A program made the translations under genes and the position numbers. The notes beneath the pieces were generated by a model that ran no database searches, had not been told where the DNA came from, and worked only from the letters and a program-made list of their open reading frames with translations. From an uncultured Actinomycetota bacterium (lineage in GTDB: Bacteria; Actinomycetota; Actinomycetes; Mycobacteriales; Nakamurellaceae), in NCBI GenBank assembly GCA_963797145.1, contig CAWCOJ010000009.1, positions 12,424 through 76,423 of the forward strand: a DNA stretch of 64,000 bases, given 5' to 3'. This document shows positions 8,883 through 17,739 of this stretch, in pieces. Each line of letters opens with the position of its first letter. Position 1 is the stretch's first letter.

Positions 8883-10034
8883 ATGCAACTGACCGGTATC
8901 GAATTGATCTGTATCGAGATGCCGCTGGTGTCGCCGTTCCAGACCTCGTTCGGCACCGAGACCACCAAGGACGCCCTGCTGATCCGGGTCACCGGCTCCG
9001 CGCCGGGGCCGGACGGCACGGTCGTCGACACCGAGGGCTGGGGCGAGTGCGTCGCCATGTCGGAGCCGCTCTACTCCTCGGAGTACCTCAGCGGCAGCGT
9101 CGAGGTGGTCCGACGGTTCCTCGCCCCGCGGCTGTTCGCGGCGTCGTCCGCCGGCACGCTGACCGCCGAGCGGGTGGGCGGCATCCTGGAGGCCGTCATC
9201 GGGCACCGGATGTCCAAGGCCGCGGTGGAGATGGCGGTGCTGGACGCCGAGCTGCGGGCCAGGGGCCAGTCGCTGGCCGGGCATCTCGGCGCCGACCGGG
9301 ACCGCGTTCCGTCCGGGGTGTCGGTGGGTATCCAGCCGTCCGTGCCGCAGCTGCTGGACGTCGTCGGCGACTACCTGGATCAGGGCTACGTGCGGATCAA
9401 GCTGAAGATCATGCCGGGCTGGGTGGTCGAACCGGTGCGCGCCGTCCGCGAGCGGTTCGGCGACGACCTCCTGCTGCAGGTGGACGCCAACGCCGCGTTC
9501 ACCCTGGTCGATGCCCCGCTGCTCAGCCAGTTGGACGCGTTCGGGCTGCTCCTCATCGAACAGCCGCTCGCCGAGGACGACCTCCGCCAGCACGCCGAAC
9601 TGGCCAAGTACCTCACCACTCCGGTCTGCCTCGACGAGTCGATCGTGTCGGCCAAGATCGCCGCTGACGCGCTGGCCATGGGCGCCTGCCGGGTGATCAA
9701 CGTCAAGCCCGGCCGAGTCGGCGGATACCTGGAGGCCAAGCGCATCCACGACCTGGCCCGCGCCAACGGGATCGCGGTCTGGTGCGGCGGCATGCTGGAG
9801 ACCGGGCTGGGCCGGGCCGCGAACGCGGCGCTCGCCGCCCTGCCGGGATTCACCCTGCCCGGCGACATCTCGGCCTCGGATCGCTTCTACACCACCGATA
9901 TCACCGAACCGTTCGTGCTGGACGACGGGCACATCGCGGTGCCGAACGGGCCGGGCCTCGGCGTGGCCCCGATACCCGAGATCCTCACCGACGTCACGCT
10001 TTCGTCCGAATACCTGACCGCCGACACGACCTGA
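8883..10034 (+). CDS. menC: o-succinylbenzoate synthase / N-succinylamino acid racemase (enolase superfamily)
   Basis: PFQTSFG, KLKI, DAN, EQP, DES, KPGRVGG, WCGGMLETG, PGDISAS, typical of the NSAR/OSBS subfamily. Confidence 0.9.
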   Translation: MQLTGIELICIEMPLVSPFQTSFGTETTKDALLIRVTGSAPGPDGTVVDTEGWGECVAMSEPLYSSEYLSGSVEVVRRFLAPRLFAASSAGTLTAERVGGILEAVIGHRMSKAAVEMAVLDAELRARGQSLAGHLGADRDRVPSGVSVGIQPSVPQLLDVVGDYLDQGYVRIKLKIMPGWVVEPVRAVRERFGDDLLLQVDANAAFTLVDAPLLSQLDAFGLLLIEQPLAEDDLRQHAELAKYLTTPVCLDESIVSAKIAADALAMGACRVINVKPGRVGGYLEAKRIHDLARANGIAVWCGGMLETGLGRAANAALAALPGFTLPGDISASDRFYTTDITEPFVLDDGHIAVPNGPGLGVAPIPEILTDVTLSSEYLTADTT

Positions 10035-10104
10035 CTCTGATCGGTCCCAGCAGGATGCGCGATCAACGGCACCGTCGGCACTGCGAGGAGAGAAGAACCC
10101 GCAC

Positions 10105-11658
10105 ATGACGAACGAATCCGGCCCGGACACCTTCGACGCGGAGATCGACGCACTGTTCGGACAGCACGTCGCCGCGGGCCAGTCGCGCGGACTGGTCTAC
10201 GCGCGGACCACCGGCGACGGTATCGCGCACTCGGCCGCGTTCGGCGTCGCGAACGACGACGGGCTGGTGCCGGACCTGGACACCGCCTTCCCGATCGCCT
10301 CGATCACCAAGAGTTTCGTGGCCTGCGCCGCGTTGATCGCCCGGGACCGCGGTGCGCTCTCGCTGAATGATCCGATCACGGACTACATACCGGAGTTCTC
10401 GGCCTCCGGCACGGTCGAAGACCCCTGTGCCCCGCCGACTCTCGGCATGCTGCTGAGCATGTCGGGCGGCCTCACCGAGGACAACGCCTGGGTCGACCCG
10501 TTCATCGATGCGACCGAGGAGGCCGTGCTGGCCCAGGTGGCCCGGGGGCTTCGGTACAGCCACCTCCCCGGCAACACCTTCGAGTACTCGAACCTGGGAT
10601 TCACCCTGGCCGGCCTGGCCGTCGGCCGGGCGGTCGGCCGGCCCATCGAAGACTTCGTCCGCGACGAGATCTTCGTCCCGCTCGGCCTGACCTCGACCTG
10701 CTTCGACAACGCCGCCGCACCAGACATCCGCCGGGCCACCGGGTACCAACTCGACCTCATCGGCGAGTGGCAGGCCTACCCGTACACGGCGTCCGCGGCC
10801 TTCGCCGCCGCCGGCGGCATCATGAGCACCGTCCGGGATCTGGCCACCTGGATCACCTGGCTCGGTTCGGCCTTCCGTCCCCCGGTCGCCGGCGACGTCG
10901 ATGCCTTGTCGCGGGCGTCGCGGCGAGAGATGCAGCGTATGTGGATCGTCGACCTGCCGGCGCTGTCGACGACGGTGGGTGGCGGACTGCAGGCCACCAT
11001 CACCGGGTACGGGCTCGGTCTCGGCATCGGGCTCGACCTGCACCGAGGTCTGATGGTCGCGCACGGCGGCGGGCTGCCCGGTTTCCTGCTCTACGTGCTC
11101 TGGCACCCGGACTCCGGCAACGGGGTCGTCTCGCTGACCAACAGCCACCGCGGCAACGCGTCGGCGCTGTGTGTGCAGACGCTCGGCCGGACGCTGGCGC
11201 GGGACAACACGGCCGCCGGCACCGTCGTGCTCTGGCGGGAAACGATGGACCTGCGGGAGGCCGCCGAGCGGCTCATCCGCGACTGGGACGACGAGCTGGC
11301 CGCGGAGATCCTCTCGGACAACGTGGACTTCGACCGGCCGCTGGCCCAGCGCCGGGCCGAGATCGCTGGATTCGTCGAGGAGATCGGACCGCTGGTCGCC
11401 GCACCGCCGACGGTGAACATCGTCTCGGCGGCCACCTCGGCCGACCTCACCTGGTCGATCCCCGGAGAGCGCGGTGAACTGATCTGCATGATCCACCTGA
11501 CACCGGTGCAACCTGCCCGGATCCAGGAGATCGTCGTGCAGGCTGTCCCGTCCGGAACGCCGCGGAGCGCCGCACCGGTCGACATCTCGCCACGGCGGGC
11601 CGGCCTCGGCGCCGCGTTCATCAGTCCGGTGACGAATGTGCGGGTCATCGTTCCCTGA
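10105..11658 (+). CDS. Serine hydrolase, beta-lactamase/penicillin-binding-like fold, with C-terminal extension
   Basis: SITK (SxxK), YSN and HGG motifs; no signal peptide. Confidence 0.85.
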   Translation: MTNESGPDTFDAEIDALFGQHVAAGQSRGLVYARTTGDGIAHSAAFGVANDDGLVPDLDTAFPIASITKSFVACAALIARDRGALSLNDPITDYIPEFSASGTVEDPCAPPTLGMLLSMSGGLTEDNAWVDPFIDATEEAVLAQVARGLRYSHLPGNTFEYSNLGFTLAGLAVGRAVGRPIEDFVRDEIFVPLGLTSTCFDNAAAPDIRRATGYQLDLIGEWQAYPYTASAAFAAAGGIMSTVRDLATWITWLGSAFRPPVAGDVDALSRASRREMQRMWIVDLPALSTTVGGGLQATITGYGLGLGIGLDLHRGLMVAHGGGLPGFLLYVLWHPDSGNGVVSLTNSHRGNASALCVQTLGRTLARDNTAAGTVVLWRETMDLREAAERLIRDWDDELAAEILSDNVDFDRPLAQRRAEIAGFVEEIGPLVAAPPTVNIVSAATSADLTWSIPGERGELICMIHLTPVQPARIQEIVVQAVPSGTPRSAAPVDISPRRAGLGAAFISPVTNVRVIVP

Positions 11659-11741
11659 GCCGGTCGGTTCCCGGGTTGGCGGGTAGGTATCGCCCAAGGG
11701 GTTGACCGCCTCCGATACTGGGCACCCAGGAGGTGGTCAGC

Positions 11742-12479
11742 ATGCCCCTGAACCACGGCTACGGCGTCGTCGCCGGGACGTTCGCGTCGTTCACCCGGGA
11801 CGACCCCGACGACTTCGGTCACTGGTACCACGGCAAGCTGCGGATCAACACGCCCGGCGGGCAGTACGAGGCGGCGCTGGACGTGGACACGCCTGGCGGC
11901 GCCGGGGTGAGCTACCGGATCGTCGAAGGACTGGCCGACGCCGACATTCCGATCCTCACCGGCCTGCCGGACGGTCACACCGCCCTCGCCTCCACGGCCA
12001 CCAGCGGTGCACTGGACTACGTCCGCTCGCCGATACTGGCCGATCGTTGGGTGCTGCGGATGAAGCGCCGGTTCATCGCGTCCCGCCGCGCGAAGTGGAC
12101 CACCTCCACGTGGGCGCCGACGATCATCGACCGGATGCTGGCCCGCATTCATCCCTGGACCTGGCCGATCCTGAAGTGGTTCACCTGGCGCAGCTTTCCC
12201 TGGGTGGTCAGCAACGGCGACAACGCGCTGAACCAACTGGAGGCCCTGCTGCCGCGGGCGGTCCGGCTGTTCGTCCTCGGCGAGCCGTACACCAGCGGGC
12301 TCGGCGTCCACAACGTGCACCTGAACCAGGGTGACCCACCCGGACCGCACCAGGCCGACGACGGGATCTGGCAGGACGGTGCCGTCGTGCTGCGCAATGC
12401 GGACGGCAGCGTCCGCGTCTGGCAGGTCAAGTTCAACACCCAGTCGCTGAACACCGGGCCGGACGGCCTGCCCCTCTGA
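11742..12479 (+). CDS. DUF2278 (YukJ-like) family protein
   Basis: YGV, GALDYVR, GVHNVHLNQG, WQDGAV, F.TQS motifs; RBS AGGAGG. Confidence 0.8.
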   Translation: MPLNHGYGVVAGTFASFTRDDPDDFGHWYHGKLRINTPGGQYEAALDVDTPGGAGVSYRIVEGLADADIPILTGLPDGHTALASTATSGALDYVRSPILADRWVLRMKRRFIASRRAKWTTSTWAPTIIDRMLARIHPWTWPILKWFTWRSFPWVVSNGDNALNQLEALLPRAVRLFVLGEPYTSGLGVHNVHLNQGDPPGPHQADDGIWQDGAVVLRNADGSVRVWQVKFNTQSLNTGPDGLPL

Positions 12480-12489
12480 TGGTCGTCAC

Positions 12490-14828
12490 TCAGTCGGACG
12501 GTGCCCGCGCGCCTGTCCTTCGATCAATGCGGTCTGCCACCGGTCCAACTCGTCGAGCATCGGCCGGCGGGCACCGTCGCAGCGCCGCGCCCTCGCCGAC
12601 CAGGGCGACCAGCTCGCCCAAGGTCACCACCGCCTTGCGATGCGCCCCGGACTGCCAGTGGGCCCTGATCAGGTTCTCCAGGGCGGTGCCCTGGTGCTCG
12701 ACGTCGTGCGACGTCCGGGTGACCTGCACCGCCTGCTCGAGCAGCAGCACCTCCTCCGTGCCCATCTCGGCGACCGGCCAGCCGCAGCAGACCCCTTGCC
12801 AGGCAACGCAGGTCACCGACGGCACGGAACAGATCGACGGCGTGCCGCAGGTCGGCGTCACCGTCATCGGGAACCAGCGCGGTCTCGGGTGAGCAGCGCG
12901 TGCGCCAGCTCCTGCCGGTTGCCGCTCTCCCGCGCGAACTCCGCGCACTCCTCCGCCCAGTCGATCGCCTGCCGGGTCGACCGGCCGGACTCGGCGACCA
13001 CCGCAGCCATCATGTACCGCACGTTGTTGACGTGCATCGCGTCGCCTGCCTCCGCGAAACTCTGCAGGGACGATTGGTACGCGGTGAGCGAGCTGTCGTA
13101 GTCAGCGAGATCCGCTGCCCGCAGGGCGATCCCGCGGACCTGCCGGATGGAACCGAGGAGCCACGGGTCGTCCTGCTGCCCCGCCAGCTCCTCGGCAGCG
13201 GCCAGATACGGGAGGGCGACGGCGCCGCGCTGCCGGTATGCCTCGTAGGTGCCCTTCATGAACAGTGCGGCGCAGCGCGAACTTTCATCGTCCGCGCGGC
13301 CCATCGCCAACTCGGTCAGGTCACCGACCAGATCCAGATCGCCGTAGAACAGGGCCCGACCGACCACCACCAGATCGGTGGCGGTCATCACCGCCTGCAG
13401 CTCAGGCCGGCGCAGGGCACGATCGACGGCGTCGAGGCTGTCGTAGGTGGGTCCGTACTGCTCGACCAGGACGGAGAGGTTCCGGATCAGCGGCACCGCG
13501 AGCCGATGCTCAGCGTCGACGGCCCACTCGATCGCGAAGACCAGCTCCGGGTACAGCCGGACGGCCGCCTCGGTGGCCGCCCGGCTGGAGTCCAGGTGCG
13601 CCCGACCGGCGAGTCGACCACCGAGATCGGCGTGGTGGGCCGCATGTCCGAGCCGTACCTCCGGCACGATCGCCGGATCCGCGCGACCGAGGGCGAACGC
13701 GCGCAGCGAATCCAGCAGCCGGAACCGGGCCGGAACTTCCGGACCGGCTCGGGCGACCAGTGAGCGGTCGACCAGCCGCAACACCACCCCGGCCGCGTCC
13801 GGCGCGGTGACCGCCTCGGCGAGGTCGAGGTCGAAGGTGCCCGGCAATGCGGCCAGGCGGGCCAGTACCGACTGCTCCTCGCCGTCGAGCAGATCCCAGG
13901 TCCAGTCGAACGCGGTCTCCAGCGTGCGATGCCGCTCGGTCGCCGCCGTTCCTGCCAACGCACCGAACCCGGAGTCGAGCCGGTCGGCGAGCTCTGCCGG
14001 CGACAGGTGCCGCACCCGCGCGGCGGCCAGTTCGATGGCCAGCGGCAGCCCGTCCAGGCGTCGGCAGATCCGGGCGATGGCGTCATCGTCGTCACTGGTG
14101 AACCGAACGGTCGGCGCCGAGGCGGCGGCCCGGTCCCGGAACAGCTGCGCGACGGCGGCCTCGTCCACCGGCAGCGGCGCGACCTCGTAGACGGCCTCGA
14201 CCGGATCCCCCACCGGCCACCGCGACGTGGTGAGAACGGTGAGCGAATGGGCAGTTGCGAGCAGAATACCCACCGCCCGGCCGACGACATCGGTGACCCG
14301 GTCGGAGTTGTCGATCACCAGCAGGTGCCGACCGGTGTCCAACGCCACCGCGCACGCGGCGAGCACCCGATCGGGATCCGCGCCGGTCACTCCGATCGAT
14401 CGGGCGAGCACCCCGATGACGTCTTCGGCGGAAGCCTGTTCCAGCTCCGCGACCACCGGAGTTCGCTCGTCGACCGCCGCGATCTCCAGCGCCAGGCGGG
14501 TCTTTCCCGCGCCGGCCGGACCGACGAGCGTCACCCAGCGGTGCCGGCGTACCAGGTCCCGCACCGCGGCGACGTCAGCCTCCCGACCGAGGAACGAATT
14601 CTGTGGCACCTGCACCGCCCGGCCCCGTCGGGCGCGGGCCGCCTCGATCAGCGCGATACGGGTGCCGACGCCGAGCTTGCGTCGGAGCGCCGCGATGTGG
14701 CTCTCCACGGTGCGCACCGAGATGAACAGCTCGTCAGCGATCTCCGCGTTGGTCAGCCTGCGTTCGACGGCAGCCAGCACCGCGGACTCGCGAGAGGTCA
14801 GCTCGCTCCAGCCGGGGCCGACGGACAT
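12490..14828 (-). CDS. LuxR-HTH / P-loop ATPase / TPR-like transcriptional regulator, frameshifted near the 3' end
   Basis: N-terminal LuxR HTH (TNAEIADELFISVRTVESH), GPAGAGKT, LDGLPLAIELAAA; reading continues in other frames below ~12890. Confidence 0.85.
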
Positions 14829-14849
14829 AGCCGGACCCTATCCGGAGAA

Positions 14850-14868
14850 ATCCGTGTGCAGCACGGAT
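14850..14868. promoter_or_regulatory. Palindromic operator between the regulator and the divergent methyltransferase
   Basis: ATCCGTG-tgcag-CACGGAT. Confidence 0.55.
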
Positions 14869-14930
14869 GTCCTTGGCGGGGCTCCGCAGCACTCTTGGAC
14901 AGTCAGCAACCTACGAACAGGAGTACACAG

Positions 14931-15765
14931 ATGACGGATCTGATCGATGCGGTCGACGCCGACCGTGCGCTGAAGGCCAAACACCGGGCCATGTGGGCCT
15001 TCGGCGACTATCCCGCGGTCGCCGACGAGGTGATCCCCGACCTGGGACCGGAGCTGGTCCGGGCAGCCGGCGTCCGGGCCGGGGACCGGGTGCTCGACGT
15101 CGCCGCCGGCTCGGGCAACGCGTCCATCCCCGCCGCCCAGGCGGGCGCCACGGTGGTGGCCAGCGACCTCACACCCGAACTGCTCGAGACCGGCCGGCGG
15201 CTGGCCGCGGGCGGTGGCCTCGATCTGGAGTGGCGTGAGGCCGACGCCGAGGCGTTGCCGTTCGGCGACGGCGAGTTCGACGTGGTGCTCTCGTGCGTCG
15301 GGGTGATGTTCGCGCCGCACCACCAGACCGCCGCCGACGAACTGGTCCGGGTCTGCCGGCCCGGCGGCACCATCGCGCTGATCAGCTGGACCCCGGAAGG
15401 CTTCATCGGTCAGATGTTCGCGACCATGAAGCCCTACGCTCCGCCGCCGCCGCCCGGTGCGTCGCCGCCGCCGTTGTGGGGAAACGAGGACCACGTCCGG
15501 AGCTGTTCGGCGACCGGGTCACCGACGTGGTGGCCACACGTCAGACCGTTGCCGGTCCACCGGTTTGCCTCGCCCGAGGCGTTCCGCGACTTCTTCAAGG
15601 CCACCTACGGGCCGACCATCTCCGCCTACCGGTTCATCGGCGACGACCCCGAGAAGGTCGCCGCTCTCGACCGGGACCTGGCCGAGCTCGGTCGCCGGTT
15701 CGGCGCCGGACACCGGCGCCATGGAGTGGGAGTACCTGCTGTTCACCGCGCGCCGGGCCGGCTGA
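14931..15765 (+). CDS. Class I SAM-dependent methyltransferase (frameshifts in ~15500-15720)
   Basis: VLDVAAGSG, ADAEALPF, RVCRPGG; C-terminal MEWEYLLFTAR lies in another frame; RBS AGGAG. Confidence 0.85.
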
Positions 15766-15876
15766 GACCTCGGGTTCGTCCGGTTCGGGGTCGTCGGTAG
15801 TGCCTGCTATGTGAGCGCCGCCCGGACCAGCGCGGCCACCGCGGTAGTGAAGTGAGCTGATCCGCCGGTACTCCCC

Positions 15877-16127
15877 TCCCCGACAGCGCGAGTTGTGTGC
15901 CGGAAGCGCGTCGCGACGCGCTGGTTGCACGCAACTCGCGCTGTCGGGGAGACAGGTCTGCAGCGTGGGCCGCGCCGACGGGGAACGACCAGGTCTGCTG
16001 CGGTGGGCGCTGACGGGGTCGTCACCCGAATCCGCAGCTGAAGGGCCGCACGGCCTTCCCGACAGCGCAAGTTGTGTGCCGGAAGCGCGTCCCGACGCGC
16101 TGGTGGCACACAACTCGCGCTGTCGGG
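15877..16127. repeat. Two ~70-bp nested palindromic REP-like elements
   Basis: 15877-15950 and 16058-16127: CCGACAGCGCRAGTTGTGTGCC..GCGCGTCGCGACGCGC..GCAC.CAACTCGCGCTGTCGG. Confidence 0.9.
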
Positions 16128-16158
16128 TCGTCAACAGCGTCTGCGACGTTCTGCGTGA

Positions 16159-17285
16159 CTACGCCTTCAGGCGCAACAGCCCCAGGAGACCATGCGCCTC
16201 GCCGTCCGGGCCGGCGCTGAACCACACGTCGGAGGTGGCAGCGGACGTGCCGTTGCCGGGCATCAAGGCCCACAGGCCATCGATCACCAGCGGTTTCCCG
16301 TCCTCGCCTCGGACGGTGCCGACGAATTTGCCGTTGCATCGGGTTGTAGGCATGAATGCGGCCGTCGCCGAAGTTGCCCACCAGCAGGGTGCCGCTCAGA
16401 GCGCCGAAGCCGGCGGGGGCGATCGCCATGCCCCACGGTGAGTTCAGAGCGCCCTCGACGGACGAGGTGCCGCTGGAACTTCCCGTGCAGGTCGTAGACG
16501 TTGATGAACCCGTGCCCGGGGCCGGCGACGTCATCCTCTGCATCGCTGTCCTGCTTGGCATAGCTGACCAGCACGCGGCCCCCGACAACGGCCACGTTGA
16601 ACGGCGCGTACCCGTGCGGGATACCGATGCCACGGAAGGCATGTCGGTCGAGGACGGGCTGGAACGCGGAGTCGAAGACGTCGACCCTGCCGCTCGCGAA
16701 GTTCGCCGCCAGCAGTCGCGGAGCGGCGGCGTCCGGGATCAACGCCAGTCCCTTGTAGTTGGCGCCGGGGGTGTGGACCACCACGGTCGCCTGCGTCGCG
16801 GTGCCCGTAGGGTTCCAGCCGCTGATATCGCCGGTCTCCGCCGCGAACAGGAACCTGGCGGAGCCGGTCTTGCCGTCGGTGGAGAGCACGAACCCGGCGG
16901 TGCCGTTGAAGACCGTCCCGGTCGGCGCCCCGCCCGGAATGGCGACAACCAACGGGTTCCGCGTCGGGGGTGTGCTCAGGTACAGCGTCGACACCCCGGT
17001 GCCGTTGTCGGAGACCCAGACCGGCGACGTCGGGCTGGCGGACAGCCCCCAGGCGTTGATCAGGTTCGGATCGGTGAGTGCGGCGCGACCGGGAACGTCG
17101 GAGACCAGGTTGACCTGGGTGTACCGCGGGTCGTGCTGGCTGTGACCCGGGTTGTGACCGCCGTAGCCGTCACGCCCCTGTCCACCCGCTTCCGCGGTAC
17201 CGGCCGCGCTCAGCGCGAGCGTGACGGACGCAGCGACGCTGATCGCGATCTTCGCTGTGCGTGGGAGTGCCGTCGAGATGCTCAT
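16159..17285 (-). CDS. TIGR03118 family secreted beta-propeller protein (frameshifts ~16340 and ~16460)
   Basis: Signal peptide; YTQVNLVSD, DPNLINAWGL, WVSDNGTG, PTG.VFN, LNSPWG, VGNFGDGRI, FSAGPDGEAHGLLG spread over three frames. Confidence 0.85.
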
Positions 17286-17468
17286 GGAGCCTCCTCGGGA
17301 TCGGGTCGGCACGTCTTCGTCGGCGCGCCCGTACCCCACCCACAGCACGGGGTCCACGCCCGGGTGGTTCACCGCCACGCGCGATCCACCTGGATGGCCC
17401 AATCGGGCCGCGATGTCCCGGAGTGAGCCCGTCGGACTCCTGGCCGTGCCATCCGCCAGCCACCGACA

Positions 17469-17689
17469 GCACCCGAGCCCGTCCCCCACAGCGCAAGTTG
17501 CACGCCGACGGCGCGTAGCGACGCGCTGGTGGCACGCAACTCGCGCTGTCGGGGCAACTCGCGCTGTCCGGGAGAGAAGCCCGATGCACCCGAGCCCGTC
17601 CCCCACAGCGCAAGTTGCACGCCGACAGCGCGTAGCGACGCGCTGGTGGCACGCAAATCGCGCTGTCGGGGCCACTCGCGCTGTCCGGG
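17469..17689. repeat. Tandem duplication (period ~117 bp) of a unit containing the same palindromic element
   Basis: GCACCCGAGCCCGTCCCCCACAGCGCAAGTTGCACGCCGAC...CGCGCTGTCGGGGC.ACTCGCGCTGTCCGGG occurs twice. Confidence 0.9.
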
Positions 17690-17739
17690 CGGAGCCGGCG
17701 CACCGTCAGGGTGCCCTCGCGCAACCGACCCCCACCGGG

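Noticed and set aside
10105-11658. Beta-lactam resistance gene
   Set aside because: No signal peptide and a generic SxxK hydrolase architecture; resistance cannot be supported.
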